Shown here: piece by piece, positions 48,725 through 59,734 of the stretch
Numbering within the stretch: position 1 is the stretch's first letter
Layout: each line of letters begins with the position of its first letter
Source: Carpediemonas membranifera BICM
Taxonomy: Eukaryota; Protista; Fornicata
NCBI GenBank assembly: GCA_019828565.1
Contig: JAHDYR010000033.1
Coordinates: 155,827 to 219,826 of the forward strand
Length of the DNA: 64,000 nt
Direction of reading: 5' to 3'
Notes under the pieces: model-generated
The model's input: the letters and a program-made list of their open reading frames with translations, nothing else
Database searches by the model: none
What the model was told of the DNA's origin: nothing
Translations under genes and position numbers: made by a program

Positions 48725-48754
48725 ATGATTGATTGAATTGATATCTCTTCAAGT

Positions 48755-49756
48755 TTATTCACTCTTGCCTTGAGTCATGCGCGCAGTGTGGAAGCGCTTA
48801 CGGGCGGGGTTGGACTTGGTCTTCCGCTTGCGGGGCTGCGGCTTGACCTGCAGTATTTTGAACTGCTCCACCTTTCGAGCGAGGTAGTGAGGGTCATCTA
48901 TGGCGAGACTCTTGAAGCGAGCAATCGGGTGCTCCTCTTCATCGGCCTCAAAGTAGGTCTCGCCATAATCGATGCGCAAGAACTCGCCGCGAACGATGTT
49001 GGCAGTGGCCCTGACCGATATCACTGGCAGGCCATCCACCAAGACGTCCACGAACTCACAGTTGACATCGTCAGGGCTGTGGTTAATCAGGTGGACACCC
49101 GCTGCGGCCGACATGGCATCGACGGCGACCTGACTGTCAGCGAATGACATGCTGTGTAATGGTAATGGAATATGCGAAACAAACACCATCTGGCCGTTGT
49201 TGCTGGCCGTCTCAGCATCGGGAATCAGCTTCCCGAAGTATATGCCGAGACATGTGCCAGCTGAGATATCCTCAGTGGCAATCATGCCTCGGCCGACGCT
49301 CTGCGTCCGATTGAGGGCCGGATGGTCGGGCTCCTGGGTCAGACGGGGGTCGCAACGGGTCTCGGATGAGATCCAGGCCGGAGCAGGAATGGCCTGAAGG
49401 CTTATCTCATCCGAAATCAGCCGCTTGACGTCCTGCAGGTCTGAACCCGGGTAAACATGCGTCCACCTAGGGTGGACGTGCATGACGGACCCCTCGACGG
49501 AGTCCTCCTCGGCTTCAGACGAGCTGGATGAATGGGAAGGCGACTCGGGAGGCGGAGGAGGAGGAGAATCTTGCTCCTTACCATCCTCGGGCGACTCGGG
49601 AGGCGGAGGAGGAGGTGATGCTGCCGTTACAGTCGTTTCCGCAGGACGTTGATCCTGCGGAGAAGCAGATGACTCAAAAGTCTTGTTGGGTGGATTTTGA
49701 GTCCTTCTCTTACCTACCGGTTGCTGCTTCCTTGCGGACATCTTTCTTCTCGCCAT
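48755..49756 (-). CDS. SET-domain lysine methyltransferase
   Basis: GRGMIATEDI..G..LGIYFG, LINHS...NC, VRATANIVRGEFLRIDYG..Y. Confidence 0.92.
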   Translation of the reverse strand: MARRKMSARKQQPVGKRRTQNPPNKTFESSASPQDQRPAETTVTAASPPPPPPESPEDGKEQDSPPPPPPESPSHSSSSSEAEEDSVEGSVMHVHPRWTHVYPGSDLQDVKRLISDEISLQAIPAPAWISSETRCDPRLTQEPDHPALNRTQSVGRGMIATEDISAGTCLGIYFGKLIPDAETASNNGQMVFVSHIPLPLHSMSFADSQVAVDAMSAAAGVHLINHSPDDVNCEFVDVLVDGLPVISVRATANIVRGEFLRIDYGETYFEADEEEHPIARFKSLAIDDPHYLARKVEQFKILQVKPQPRKRKTKSNPARKRFHTARMTQGKSE

Positions 49757-49951
49757 ATCTTCGTTCTCTTTTTTTTTCTCGCAACTCCCGATCCGAAGAA
49801 CAGGCGCATCGCTGATCAGATCCGAACAATACTGCAGTAGCATGCATAAATAGTGTAGCAATGAAGGTATACCTCTTTACTTGGATCAAAAGCTTGTCCT
49901 TTGCTTCAAATCAAAATGTGCCATTCATGAAAAAAAAAAGGCACATTGCAA

Positions 49952-50956
49952 ATGGACGAGAAATACGGAGAATTCGGCACGCGACGCATCAGTAAGGACC
50001 AAGAAGTCTTTGAATGTGTCTGTGGTAAGGTTCAGCTCAGGCGTGGACATCGCGGGATCGGTTTCAAGTCTTCTTCCTCTCACGAGTGTCCTTTTACAAC
50101 AGAGAAGTTGATTAACCGACGGGTGCTAATCACCATCGAGCCGCTGCATGGTTTCGAGACCCCGACTCAGCCCTACCCCGTCTTCCGCGTGGAAAGTCTT
50201 GCCAACTCATCTGGCTATCATTTCAAGCTCAAGACGGCTCTAGAGCTCGTTGATGATGAGTGGCTGACTGCCGTTGCCCGCACCTTTAAGTCTACGTCCC
50301 ATCTGGCCGAGGTACTTGAGGAGTTGGCGTCGCAGTACTCTAACTTCGACACTTACTGGGTGATATCGGGTCATTCTGATACAGAAACGTCGCGTATGAT
50401 CATTGATACGTCTACGAACGAGTTTCTGTATCACCATGATCTGGTCCAGCTCATCCTCAGGTCATTCGAGAGCCCTTCCTTGGTGAGATCGACGCGTGTG
50501 CGTCTGATTTACTTTGCCACCTGCTCCGGACTCGACAGATCTGAGGAGTCTCAGCTGTGCAGTGCTATTTCGACAGCCAAGTACAAGAACACATGCATTA
50601 TCCTCACTCCTGAGAAGGTTCTGGCGCATGAGCTTGTTCTCCAGGACGCCTATTGGCTCTACCGCGTGACATGCCTCGACAATCCTCTTTTCTTTCTGAC
50701 GAAGTACTTCTCTGGCTATCGTTTCGCGCCTGGCTCAGCAGGAAGACGGATTATAGCCAATGGTTCCTTGTCATTTCCCAACGAGGCCAGGGTCATCATG
50801 TCTGAGACTAGCTATGCCCGGCCCATTCCTCTTCCTGAAATGCAAGACATCGTTTCTGATGTCAACGAGTATGACCCGTTAAGAACCGACCAGAGAAGAC
50901 TTATGAATGATCGATACATAAGCATGATGACCCGTGCGCTTGAGAGAGACGTGTAG
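49952..50956 (+). CDS. Clan CD (caspase/CHAT-like) peptidase candidate
   Basis: YWVISGHS and LIYFATCSG with His-Cys spacing typical of the caspase fold. Confidence 0.55.
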   Translation: MDEKYGEFGTRRISKDQEVFECVCGKVQLRRGHRGIGFKSSSSHECPFTTEKLINRRVLITIEPLHGFETPTQPYPVFRVESLANSSGYHFKLKTALELVDDEWLTAVARTFKSTSHLAEVLEELASQYSNFDTYWVISGHSDTETSRMIIDTSTNEFLYHHDLVQLILRSFESPSLVRSTRVRLIYFATCSGLDRSEESQLCSAISTAKYKNTCIILTPEKVLAHELVLQDAYWLYRVTCLDNPLFFLTKYFSGYRFAPGSAGRRIIANGSLSFPNEARVIMSETSYARPIPLPEMQDIVSDVNEYDPLRTDQRRLMNDRYISMMTRALERDV

Positions 50957-50999
50957 TAAACAGATATATATACAATTTATGATCATCTCTCACTAAACA

Positions 51000-52223
51000 C
51001 TAAACAATCGGTCTCATGCCCTCTACTCGCTTATAGACAACCTTACATTTGCTGCAGAGGGGAACGATGTACAACTTGCCATCAATGGTGTACTGCACTT
51101 CCTCAGAGCAATGCTCACAGTACCACCAGTGACAGCCTCGGCAGCAAAGAAGAGTAGAAGCCTGTTCTTCTGCTTTCTTCGTGTTCTTGGATCTTAGGCC
51201 CTTTTTGCACGCCTGGCACTTGTTGCTAGAGCCGGTAATATAGCACGCGGGACAGTAGTCCTTCTTGCCCTTCGTCCTGACACATTGCTCGTGCAGGAAA
51301 CCTTTGCAAGCACAGCATCTCCTGAACGTAGTGCCGTCTGGATTGAAGAACCACTCGGGGGTACCACACACAAGACATCCAAATAGCATTTTGCGCTGAT
51401 GAAGGCTAAGGAAAGTCGTCTTACATGTCTCGGGTTCGGTAGGCGGGTCTCTCACACGGGTCTCTGAGACAACGTCGTTGATCAGGACCTTAATACGGTC
51501 AACAACAGCATCGGACACGTTGTTAGACACCTGCTGCAGATCGTCGTCACCAAGCCTGGGTCGCTTGGCTTCCTCGTCGTCAAAGACGATCTTCTTCCGA
51601 ACCGGCACCGATCGATCTGTCGTTGACTGAGGTGTGTCTGCTTCATCACCAACACCAAGTGAAGACAGTTGCGTAGTCGACCGTATCGGTGGGATCTCTG
51701 CCTTGATCATCGTAGTCGGGGTCGATTTGACCGTTGCCTTTTGCTTGACAGGCTTATATCTCACCCGGTTGATCACAGGCAAGTTCTCAAGGCTGATTGA
51801 GTCGGAAACATCGTTCAGTCCAGCATCTGAGAGAACTTCTGAGAGCATCTGGCGGAACTCGGCATGGCAGGGCTGACTACGGACAGCAATGTGCTGCATG
51901 ACAGAGCCATTGTACTCCGCAGAGGGTCTAACTGCTGTTATAAACGTAGTAACGCCGACAACAGTCGTCCGCCTGACCTGTTCCCGGAGTTCAATTGACT
52001 TGAACCCAGGGCATTCGGCGGCGACCCTGCGCTGGACCTCCAGAAGTACCTTATGGATGTCGCGTGCACTCAAGCCGAGGTCAGTTGCCTCGTCGTCCTC
52101 AAATACTGAAGAAACAACGGCTGTAACAAATGAACGACGGAGATTTGCGAGCTTACTGTTGCCATACTGTCTGATGGGGGGCGTAGCAGCAATAGGTTCT
52201 GGTACAGACACTTCTGAATTCAT
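51000..52223 (-). CDS. PHD-finger plus second Zn-finger protein
   Basis: CLVC..CCAC...HEQC..YCPAC (C4HC3), then CQAC..CRGC..YCEHC..LCSKC. Confidence 0.85.
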   Translation of the reverse strand: MNSEVSVPEPIAATPPIRQYGNSKLANLRRSFVTAVVSSVFEDDEATDLGLSARDIHKVLLEVQRRVAAECPGFKSIELREQVRRTTVVGVTTFITAVRPSAEYNGSVMQHIAVRSQPCHAEFRQMLSEVLSDAGLNDVSDSISLENLPVINRVRYKPVKQKATVKSTPTTMIKAEIPPIRSTTQLSSLGVGDEADTPQSTTDRSVPVRKKIVFDDEEAKRPRLGDDDLQQVSNNVSDAVVDRIKVLINDVVSETRVRDPPTEPETCKTTFLSLHQRKMLFGCLVCGTPEWFFNPDGTTFRRCCACKGFLHEQCVRTKGKKDYCPACYITGSSNKCQACKKGLRSKNTKKAEEQASTLLCCRGCHWWYCEHCSEEVQYTIDGKLYIVPLCSKCKVVYKRVEGMRPIV

Positions 52224-52318
52224 GAGAATTTCTATCCAAGCTGTTTACGTTGTTACATTTGTCTATTTACGTAGACTCCTGGCATTGACAATACCTAAAA
52301 CTGCGACATTTGTCGATC

Positions 52319-52534
52319 ATGATTCGAGCAACTAGCCACCAAAAGGTAGAAACGGTAACGTCAGGGCTCGTGGAAGTTGCCAAAGTACAAGATTCTTACC
52401 AAATAATCCGAAAAACTGCTCAGGGCTTGCGAAAGGAAGAAGAAATCAACAAAAAGGTGAATGACACAGAGTTTCTGCTGCAAGAGATACGCGATTTGTT
52501 TATAGATGCCATACAGACGATGAGGGACAAGTAA
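52319..52534 (+). CDS. Small coiled-coil hypothetical protein
   Basis: 71-aa ORF divergent from the PHD gene. Confidence 0.4.
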   Translation: MIRATSHQKVETVTSGLVEVAKVQDSYQIIRKTAQGLRKEEEINKKVNDTEFLLQEIRDLFIDAIQTMRDK

Positions 52535-52619
52535 AAATGACATTCACTAGCTTTGCTTCTCATTTCACATATTCTTGTGAAATATGTGAAATGTGAAACA
52601 GATTCTAGTGAATCTCATT

Positions 52620-54863
52620 TTTTCTTGCACTTTTTGGAGTATCTCCAGGGTATCTCCCGGGAGACTCTAGCCATTCTTACAGTATGAGAGCAGGAATTTC
52701 TGGGAGCCGTCGTCAATTCAAGAGAGATGTGCATCAAACTCACCGAAGCCAAGCGCAAGAAGTACAAGAACGCCGTGGACAACATTTTAAGAGAAAGAAG
52801 GTTCTTTATAAGCGAACTAAGCCGGCTGGTCGGAAGACTGACCTTCACCAAGGTGTGCTGCGGCACAACAGCGCTCATCAGGGTCAGGGAGCTCTGCATC
52901 GCCGCACAAGGTCTCAAGAGGAGCAAGAACCCCAGAGCCACTCGAGGATGCCTCTCAGAGGCAGCGATAGCGGACCTTCAGTGGTGGAGCCGCAAGCTGG
53001 AGACGATCCCGAGCTGCCCGATCAGACCACCCAGGAGCGCCACAATAAGGGTCGAGAGCGACGCATCAGACGAGGCGGCCGGGGCCATCGTGTTCCGGGG
53101 ACCGGCGCTGGCCAGGTCGTGGTCACGCCAGTGGACGAAGGACGAGCTGAAGATGTCAATCAACGCGAGGGAATCTTTGGCGGCCATGGAGGCAATCATG
53201 GCCATGCTGCAGACGGAGGACTCGGCCGTCATACTGCTCACGACCGACAACATCTCGGCCCGCAAATGGGTGGCGAAGAGCGGCACGAGGGCGCCCAAGC
53301 AAGTACGAGCGCTCGCCCGGGCATTCGGAGATTGGTTAGACCAGCACAAGCACAAGCTCATCGTCAGATACCAGCCAGGGCCACTGAACTGGCAGGCCGA
53401 CAGAATATCCAGACCGAGATCCTTCCAAGTCGGGCACTTTATCCCGACAGAGGTACTGCTGGCAGCGTCATGGAGATGGGGTGCAGTGGAAGAAGACTTG
53501 TCAGAGCAGCAGCTGGAGCCGCTCACGGAGGAGTTGAGAGGACGGCGACTGCTCCTATGCCCCAAGTTACAGGCTCCTCGGCAGATACACACAGAGACTG
53601 GCCGAGATCGCACGCAACACAGAGACCCCACCAGCACTTCAGGACAGCGGAGTCATGTTAGTAACGGTCAAGGTCCGCAACAACCACCAGCTCACACTCA
53701 GGAAGATCGCCCAGAAGTCAGTCGTGGTCAGCGTGAACAGAGAGGAGTGCCCGCAGGAGTGGCGTGCCCTCTCATGGAACAGATGGAAGATACAGCTGGT
53801 CGCATATTGGATCGCGACCTGAGGGCAGCGGGCGTCAACATTGGCAGGATTAGCACAGCATCAGCCGCAACAAGGAGAGATCGCGATATCCACGTGGACA
53901 GGACGGTGCAGAGCCGAGTGAACACCGCTCTCTGCCTGGTCAAGTACTCCCAAGCCGTGAAGGACGACATCGCCCGCGAGACAACAGCCTACCTCACCTA
54001 TGCCCGCGGTGCACGAGAGAGACCCAGCCTGCCGCCCGCCCTGGAGAAGCTGTGGGTCGTGATTAGCCTGCATGGAGACCTCTTATGGAACTATATGATG
54101 ATTGAGGGCCAATACTGTGCGGGTGCGAGGGTCTCGACTAAATTCTCACGGATCTGTAAAGGTCTGGGGGCAATTGGTCAACCAAGAGGTCTGCACGCAG
54201 AGGACCAAGACGTGATAAGGGCAATAGCGAAGGCGGCCAGCAGCACTAGGGGAGCACTCGAGAGGAAGCAAGGCAGAGCACTGCCCATTGAGTGGAGGTG
54301 GATAGAGCGAAGTATCCGATCGTATGAACGATGCAAGCACACCCCACACCTGGTCCAAGCTGTGACAATAGCTCTGCTGGCATTCACGACAGTCTCGCGG
54401 CTGGGGGAGGTCCTAGCGCTCAGGCGTGAGGACGTTCTACAGGTCGACGGGGCGATAGTACTGCGCTTTAGGACGACTAAGACCAGACAGAATGTGCTCA
54501 AGGCGGTACCGAGAACGAAGACGGAGACATGCCCGACAAGGTGGCTCGTGGAGCACCTCAAGTCGGTACGAGATGGACCGCTCTGGCGCGAGTCTGTGGC
54601 CGACGGCAAGCCGATCGCAAGAGCCCCTGGCCGGGACCCAGGCGAGGAGGTGGGAGGTGATCGAAGATCTCCGCGAGCTGTTACACCTGGACATTTCTGG
54701 CCATTCATTCAGAAGGGGCGGCGTAGTCGAACTCGTCAGAAGAGGAACACCATTGACAATAATTCAAGCGTTAGGTACCTGGAAGTCGAGTGAGTCAGTA
54801 TTAGCATATTGTGAGGAGGCGATACGTCTGGCCCCGGAGATCGCCCAGCTGACCATGGGCTAA
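52620..54863 (+). mobile_element. DIRS/Ngaro-type YR retrotransposon remnant H (RT C-terminus, RNase H, YR)
   Basis: EFLG, ESDASD, INARESLA, TTDN, QADRISR; VSRLGEVLAL, GHSFRRGG, LGTWKS..LAY. Confidence 0.92.
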
Positions 54864-55368
54864 AAGATTGGATTTGATGACGGTTGGCACGGAATGGGAT
54901 GTTACACCCTGTTGCCTGTTGCCTGTTCAGGCCGTGCATAGCACGTTGGCAAGGCCAGCGGAGCCAACACTTCGGCGCGAGAGGTCGAGGATGATTCGAT
55001 ACGATCTCAAAGACGGGATCGTGCGTCTCATAAGGGCGGTTCAGTTGTTCAAGAGCGAACTGAAACCGCGGGGCAGCCTTGCTCCCGATCCCCTCCTTCG
55101 GAGGGTGACGCTCGGCATCACGTAAGGTCGAGCGAGGTAATTTACTCCGGCTTACGCAGAGTTAGACCCGGGACGATGCGAGAACGCGACACAATAAATT
55201 ACCCCCCCCCTGTGGGAATGGACGGAGTCTACCGGATTGTCAGCCTGTCTGACTGACAAGGAGAGCGAAGCGTCAGTAGTTCGGCGCAGGTGGCCGAGGG
55301 GATTTAGATTCGGTCCTGATTTGGTCTGGCTCTGTGGAGTCGATCGAGATCGAATCGAAGAGGCCTAG

Positions 55369-58355
55369 ATGGAACGGGAGCAAGAAGAACAAGCCCAGCA
55401 AGGGCAACATGAGTAGGAGGTGCTCAACGCCCCAATTGAAGAGGAAAAACCAGTAGCTGAAGAACTACAAGCCCTACGGGCGGAGCTCGCTGATCTTAGA
55501 GCCGAGCGAGCACGCAACCATTGGATCAAGCCTTCAGCGGGCGCCATGCGTGAGGAAGCCGACTTCCTTGAACGCCTGTACCGTGACCTGCGCTTCAACC
55601 GCGCGACCTCAGGCGATGTCGTCCTCAACCGCCTCTACGCCCGGCACCGCCTCCTCTGGGCCAAGGACCGTTATGGTTATGAGGTCTCCCTCTCTATCAA
55701 CGCCGTGATCGAGGCTGAGCTGGCCAGAGAGCCCGAAATCGATGAGGATCAACTCGAGTCTAAGATCCTGACGGCCCTCTCAAAAATTCCCCGCCTCGGA
55801 GAGAAGGAGCGCACACGCTCTTCTTTTCAGAAGAGGAAGCGCGCCGGCCCTCGGCAGCATTAACGAGCAAACCCGATCAAGATGCATTTTACCCAACACC
55901 TCCTTCAGATCCTCCTCCTTCCCCACCTCCTCTTCCCCCTTCCTCACCAACGCCTCCACAACCGAGCTACGACATCCCGTCTCACCCCGCACGCCCTGTA
56001 GACGAAGAGCCTCTATCCTATCCCTCCAACGCGGACAAGACCTTTCTCTCCATGAATCTGCGGTGGAAAACATGGCAGCGCTTTGGAGCGCCCTCCGAAG
56101 TGGTACAGTGGCTCAGAGAAGGCGTCCCGATCACAACAACAGCGACACCGAAGCGCCCCAGCCTCCAATGCGCCAGAAAGGACCAGCTAAGACACTTCCG
56201 CGCTCATCTTCGAGAACTTCTAAGGGTGGGCGCGGCATCCCCAGTGTCGTGGGTCCTACCCACAATTTACATAGTTAACATTTACATAGCCATGTTTCTC
56301 GACACACAAGTGGCAACCCCCTTCTTTGTTCTAAACTCTTTTCTTCTTTTGAGGTTAACGGACCACATTACTAGTAATCAAAGCCAGAAAACCGAAATGC
56401 AGAAGAAACAACTCATCCCTCCGCTGTTCAAGACGCCGTCTGTCTCCGAGCTGATCAGCTTTGCCGAAAAGTTCCGAGACTACCGCGCAATGGGAGGTAA
56501 GCGATCGATCGACGCAATGATCGACCCCGCGATTAAGGACCTATTCCCTGTCGATGACGAAGACGAGACCCCACTTATTCTTAGCAAGAAGAAAGCTCGC
56601 CGCGAGCATCGGGACAAAGTGGTCCTCAAGCGCCTCGGCACAACGCTGAAGCCCCGTAACTTAACAGCTCAACTGATGCCATTCCGCCTCCACGCCTCCG
56701 ACTTCTCGGTTATGGAGGTCGCCCGCGTCAACCGCCGCTTCAAGCTCGTCCTCGCCCTATTCCAAGACGACAGCCTTCTAACCGATGTGGTCGTAACCCC
56801 GTTTTTAACAGTATGCAGACTCGATTGCCGCAGCCGCCTGGATCAACAAGCAGGGGTCTACATCCGCCCCGTCCTCCGTCATCACAGCGCTTCAGAGCCT
56901 ACTCCCAAGACTGGCAGAGGCGGCCATCAGCGTCCACGCGGTTCACACACAAGGCCATATGAACGTGGAAGCAGACGCTCTCTCACGCTTCGCAAAGCTC
57001 GACTGGCAGACCCCAAGGGGGATGCTCGCTTGGATCCAAAGGGCGTGGGGCCCAGTACAACTGGACGCCTCAGGACACCCCCAGAAGGAGCTCCTACTCC
57101 CAGGATTCGCCTCGCAGTCCCTGTCGTTCACGGACAGAGGCCTTCAGGCAGAGTGGCGCGGGTCAAGGGTGTTCGTCGCTCCACCATGGGCCATGCTCCC
57201 GGCGGTCGCCGCAAAGCTGGCCAGGATCCGGCTGCCCACCTCCACCAGACACCCAAGATCAGTTGCATCGGCAGTCATCCTGGTCTGCCCGGACATTGCG
57301 TCGACGGCAACGCTGTGGCTGAGGCGACAGGCTCACTGCAAGCGCTTCTTTCGAATCCCGCGCGATCAACTGGTCAACACCGAGTTGGAGCGGCTGCAGA
57401 GCGACGGCTCCATCCGCATGCTCGCACTATTCATCGAGACGAGATCTTTGACAGAGCAGTCGCCCATTCAGTACTAGCCGGCTACTCCGAGGCATACAGG
57501 CGCCACATCGCAGGGACAGTGGCACAGTTCGCCACATTCAACAGCGACCTCCCGCTCAGCTCGGACGAGCTTGTCTCCCGGTGGGCTGCAGAGCAGGCAA
57601 CCCATGTAGGAGAGGTCACGCTACGAAGCAAGGCCTTCACCATAGCCCGGTTCACACCCCTTTTAGTGGGCGAGGTCTCCCAGTTCATATCCCAGCTGGC
57701 GCAGCAGCATGCCAAGCAAGCTAGGTCCGCACCAAGAGGCCCTGCGGTTCCTATCCGCGCGCTCATCATCATAGACCGCTGGGGCTCGGCCACGCCCGAG
57801 CAGAGGGCCGACCCCTGCTGGCTGCAGGCCTTCTACTTCGGCGTCATCACTTACGTCACGACATCAAGGCCTGGTGAGATCTTCTCGCTGACTCCGGCCG
57901 ACGTCGCCGGCAGACCAGGTCGTGGTCTGAGGGTCTGCATCCGTCGGACTAAGACCGGCATGACGAACGTGTACAAGGTGGTCCCGAGGCTGGGCGATGC
58001 CCCCTTCTGCCCGGCCACTTGGCTTCACGCCCATGCTCGTAACCTCCCTAGTAGCCAGCGTCTCTGGCGGGCCCCTGCCAATATCCGAGGAGACCTATCA
58101 CTGTCGACTGAGGTGTCCTATGCCGTGCTCGAGGACCAGGTTAGGGGGGTCTTCGGCAAGGTGACGCGATTGCACGGATTCCGCAGAGGATCAGCCGCCG
58201 ACCTCCTCCTGTGTGGCATCCCAGTAGAGGTTGTCGCCGCGAAGGGCACCTGGGCGACGACGGTGAGCCTTATCCGCTATGTGGGCGATACCCTGCGCCT
58301 TGATGGCGCCTCCTCCGCAACCCCACTGAGGAGAATGTTAAGAGAAGAAGAGTGA
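55369..58355 (+). mobile_element. DIRS/Ngaro-type YR retrotransposon I (gag-like, RT start, RNase H, MTase-like, YR), interrupted by Gypsy fragment F
   Basis: WQRFGAPSEVVQWLREGV, NVEADALSR, WGPVQLDA..WRGSRVFVAPPW, TSRPGEI, HGFRRGSA, GTW..IRY. Confidence 0.9.
56245..56790 (+). mobile_element. Ty3/Gypsy fragment F (60-bp LTR 56245-56304 plus gag N-terminus)
   Basis: tgtcg..cgaca termini; ISFAEKF..GGKRS..EHRDKVV homologous to A and E gag. Confidence 0.8.
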
Positions 58356-59734
58356 TATAGTCGACTATGGCGATTGAGGAGTCGCCGTGGTCGACACCGT
58401 TGAGAGTCCCGAGGGACTAACGGTAAATGAGCTGATATCAACTATGTTTTGGGTCCGACCGGGACAACCCCATGGTTTTAGAGCAGCGAGACTGCCTAGT
58501 CGTCTGCACGTCAGACCGGTGACGTCAGCTCCGACGTGCGTTAATCGAGCATGGGCGATGGCTCCGGTCACACCCTGTCTGCTATGATGTGGTTCGAGAC
58601 CACCTCAATAAGCTCAACTTGGGTTGGATCATTAGAGTGAGTCAATTGATCGAGTCATTTGATCCGATCATTTCACAGAAGGAAAGGAACGCGGGGAACG
58701 AGCCCCATACCGCATTTGGGAACCCCATATTGCCCGTCCCATGACCTACTGGGAGCAGCCCGGGATGGACGGCTGTACGGCAATTGCAAGTGCGTAAACG
58801 AAGAGTGTTTAATAGGGGGTTTAGACCACATATGCATAAATGGCCGAAACCAAATATCTGAATCTAATTCTGTATCTATAAATATATCTTGCGATATTGC
58901 TATCTATGGCCGTGGTAGGGTATGATAGCAACACGGCAGAGCGCTGCGGAGGTACCCACACATGGCGGATTCGACTGCTGGAGAGCAGGCTCTCAGACTT
59001 ACACAGGAATTATCTACGGCACCAGCAGGGTCGGTGTTTTCTCATGGCATAGGCCACTTCTTTCTCCGACCCTGCCGAGCGCATGTCGTTCTCAGGTACG
59101 CCCAGGGGCGTCTCTAAGGAACATTTATCCGGCTGATCCATATAAATGTTTCTCCCCCCCATTGGAAATACAGAAGTGAATGTGAGTGTCTGCCTCATAC
59201 TGTCAATGTCCCTAGATTATCTTTGCTAAACCCTAGATTATCTTCGACCTCAAAAAGCTAGATAATCTACGGTTGCAAGAAAAAATGAACTCGACGATGA
59301 GCCGGAGCTGGATCTTCAAAGTGGTATGGTAGTACTTGGCTATACCTAAGCAATACGCATGCGCAGTATCAAACTTTAAATCCTGCTAGAAAAAAGTAAC
59401 ATAGGGACAAATTCGAATTGAGAGTTGAGACTCAAAAAACGGGCAGGGGGGAGGAAATGGTCCATAAGTACGCCTTATGGGTCGCTTCCTCCCCTCTGCC
59501 CCTTTTTTTATCGCAAAATCGATTTGCCGGATTTGACACACGTTTGATGTGATCAAAATGGATTTGATAGACATGGGTCCAGATCATGCAGTTGGCCATC
59601 CTGAAGCGCTAGGGCGGCCTGCAGCAATGCCTCTGCTGAATGCCCTTCATGCCTGACGGACAGGACGCGCGTTGAATCTAAAGGACTGCATGTTTCGGCA
59701 TCAGAAGAAGGTGTGGAATACAACGAAGTCATCG

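Noticed and set aside
39981-52534. Polinton/Maverick or giant-virus insertion
   Set aside because: No polB, capsid, packaging ATPase or other viral core gene recognisable in the window
13100-55420. Reassigned stop codons (in-frame TAG near 13111 and 55414, TGA at 33899 and near 61858)
   Set aside because: TAA, TAG and TGA all end intact genes here and long ORFs lack internal stops; the tRNA-Gln has a normal CTG anticodon
56052-58355. 767-aa ORF as a real novel fusion protein
   Set aside because: Chance in-frame chimera of DIRS RT start, Gypsy LTR/gag fragment and DIRS YR
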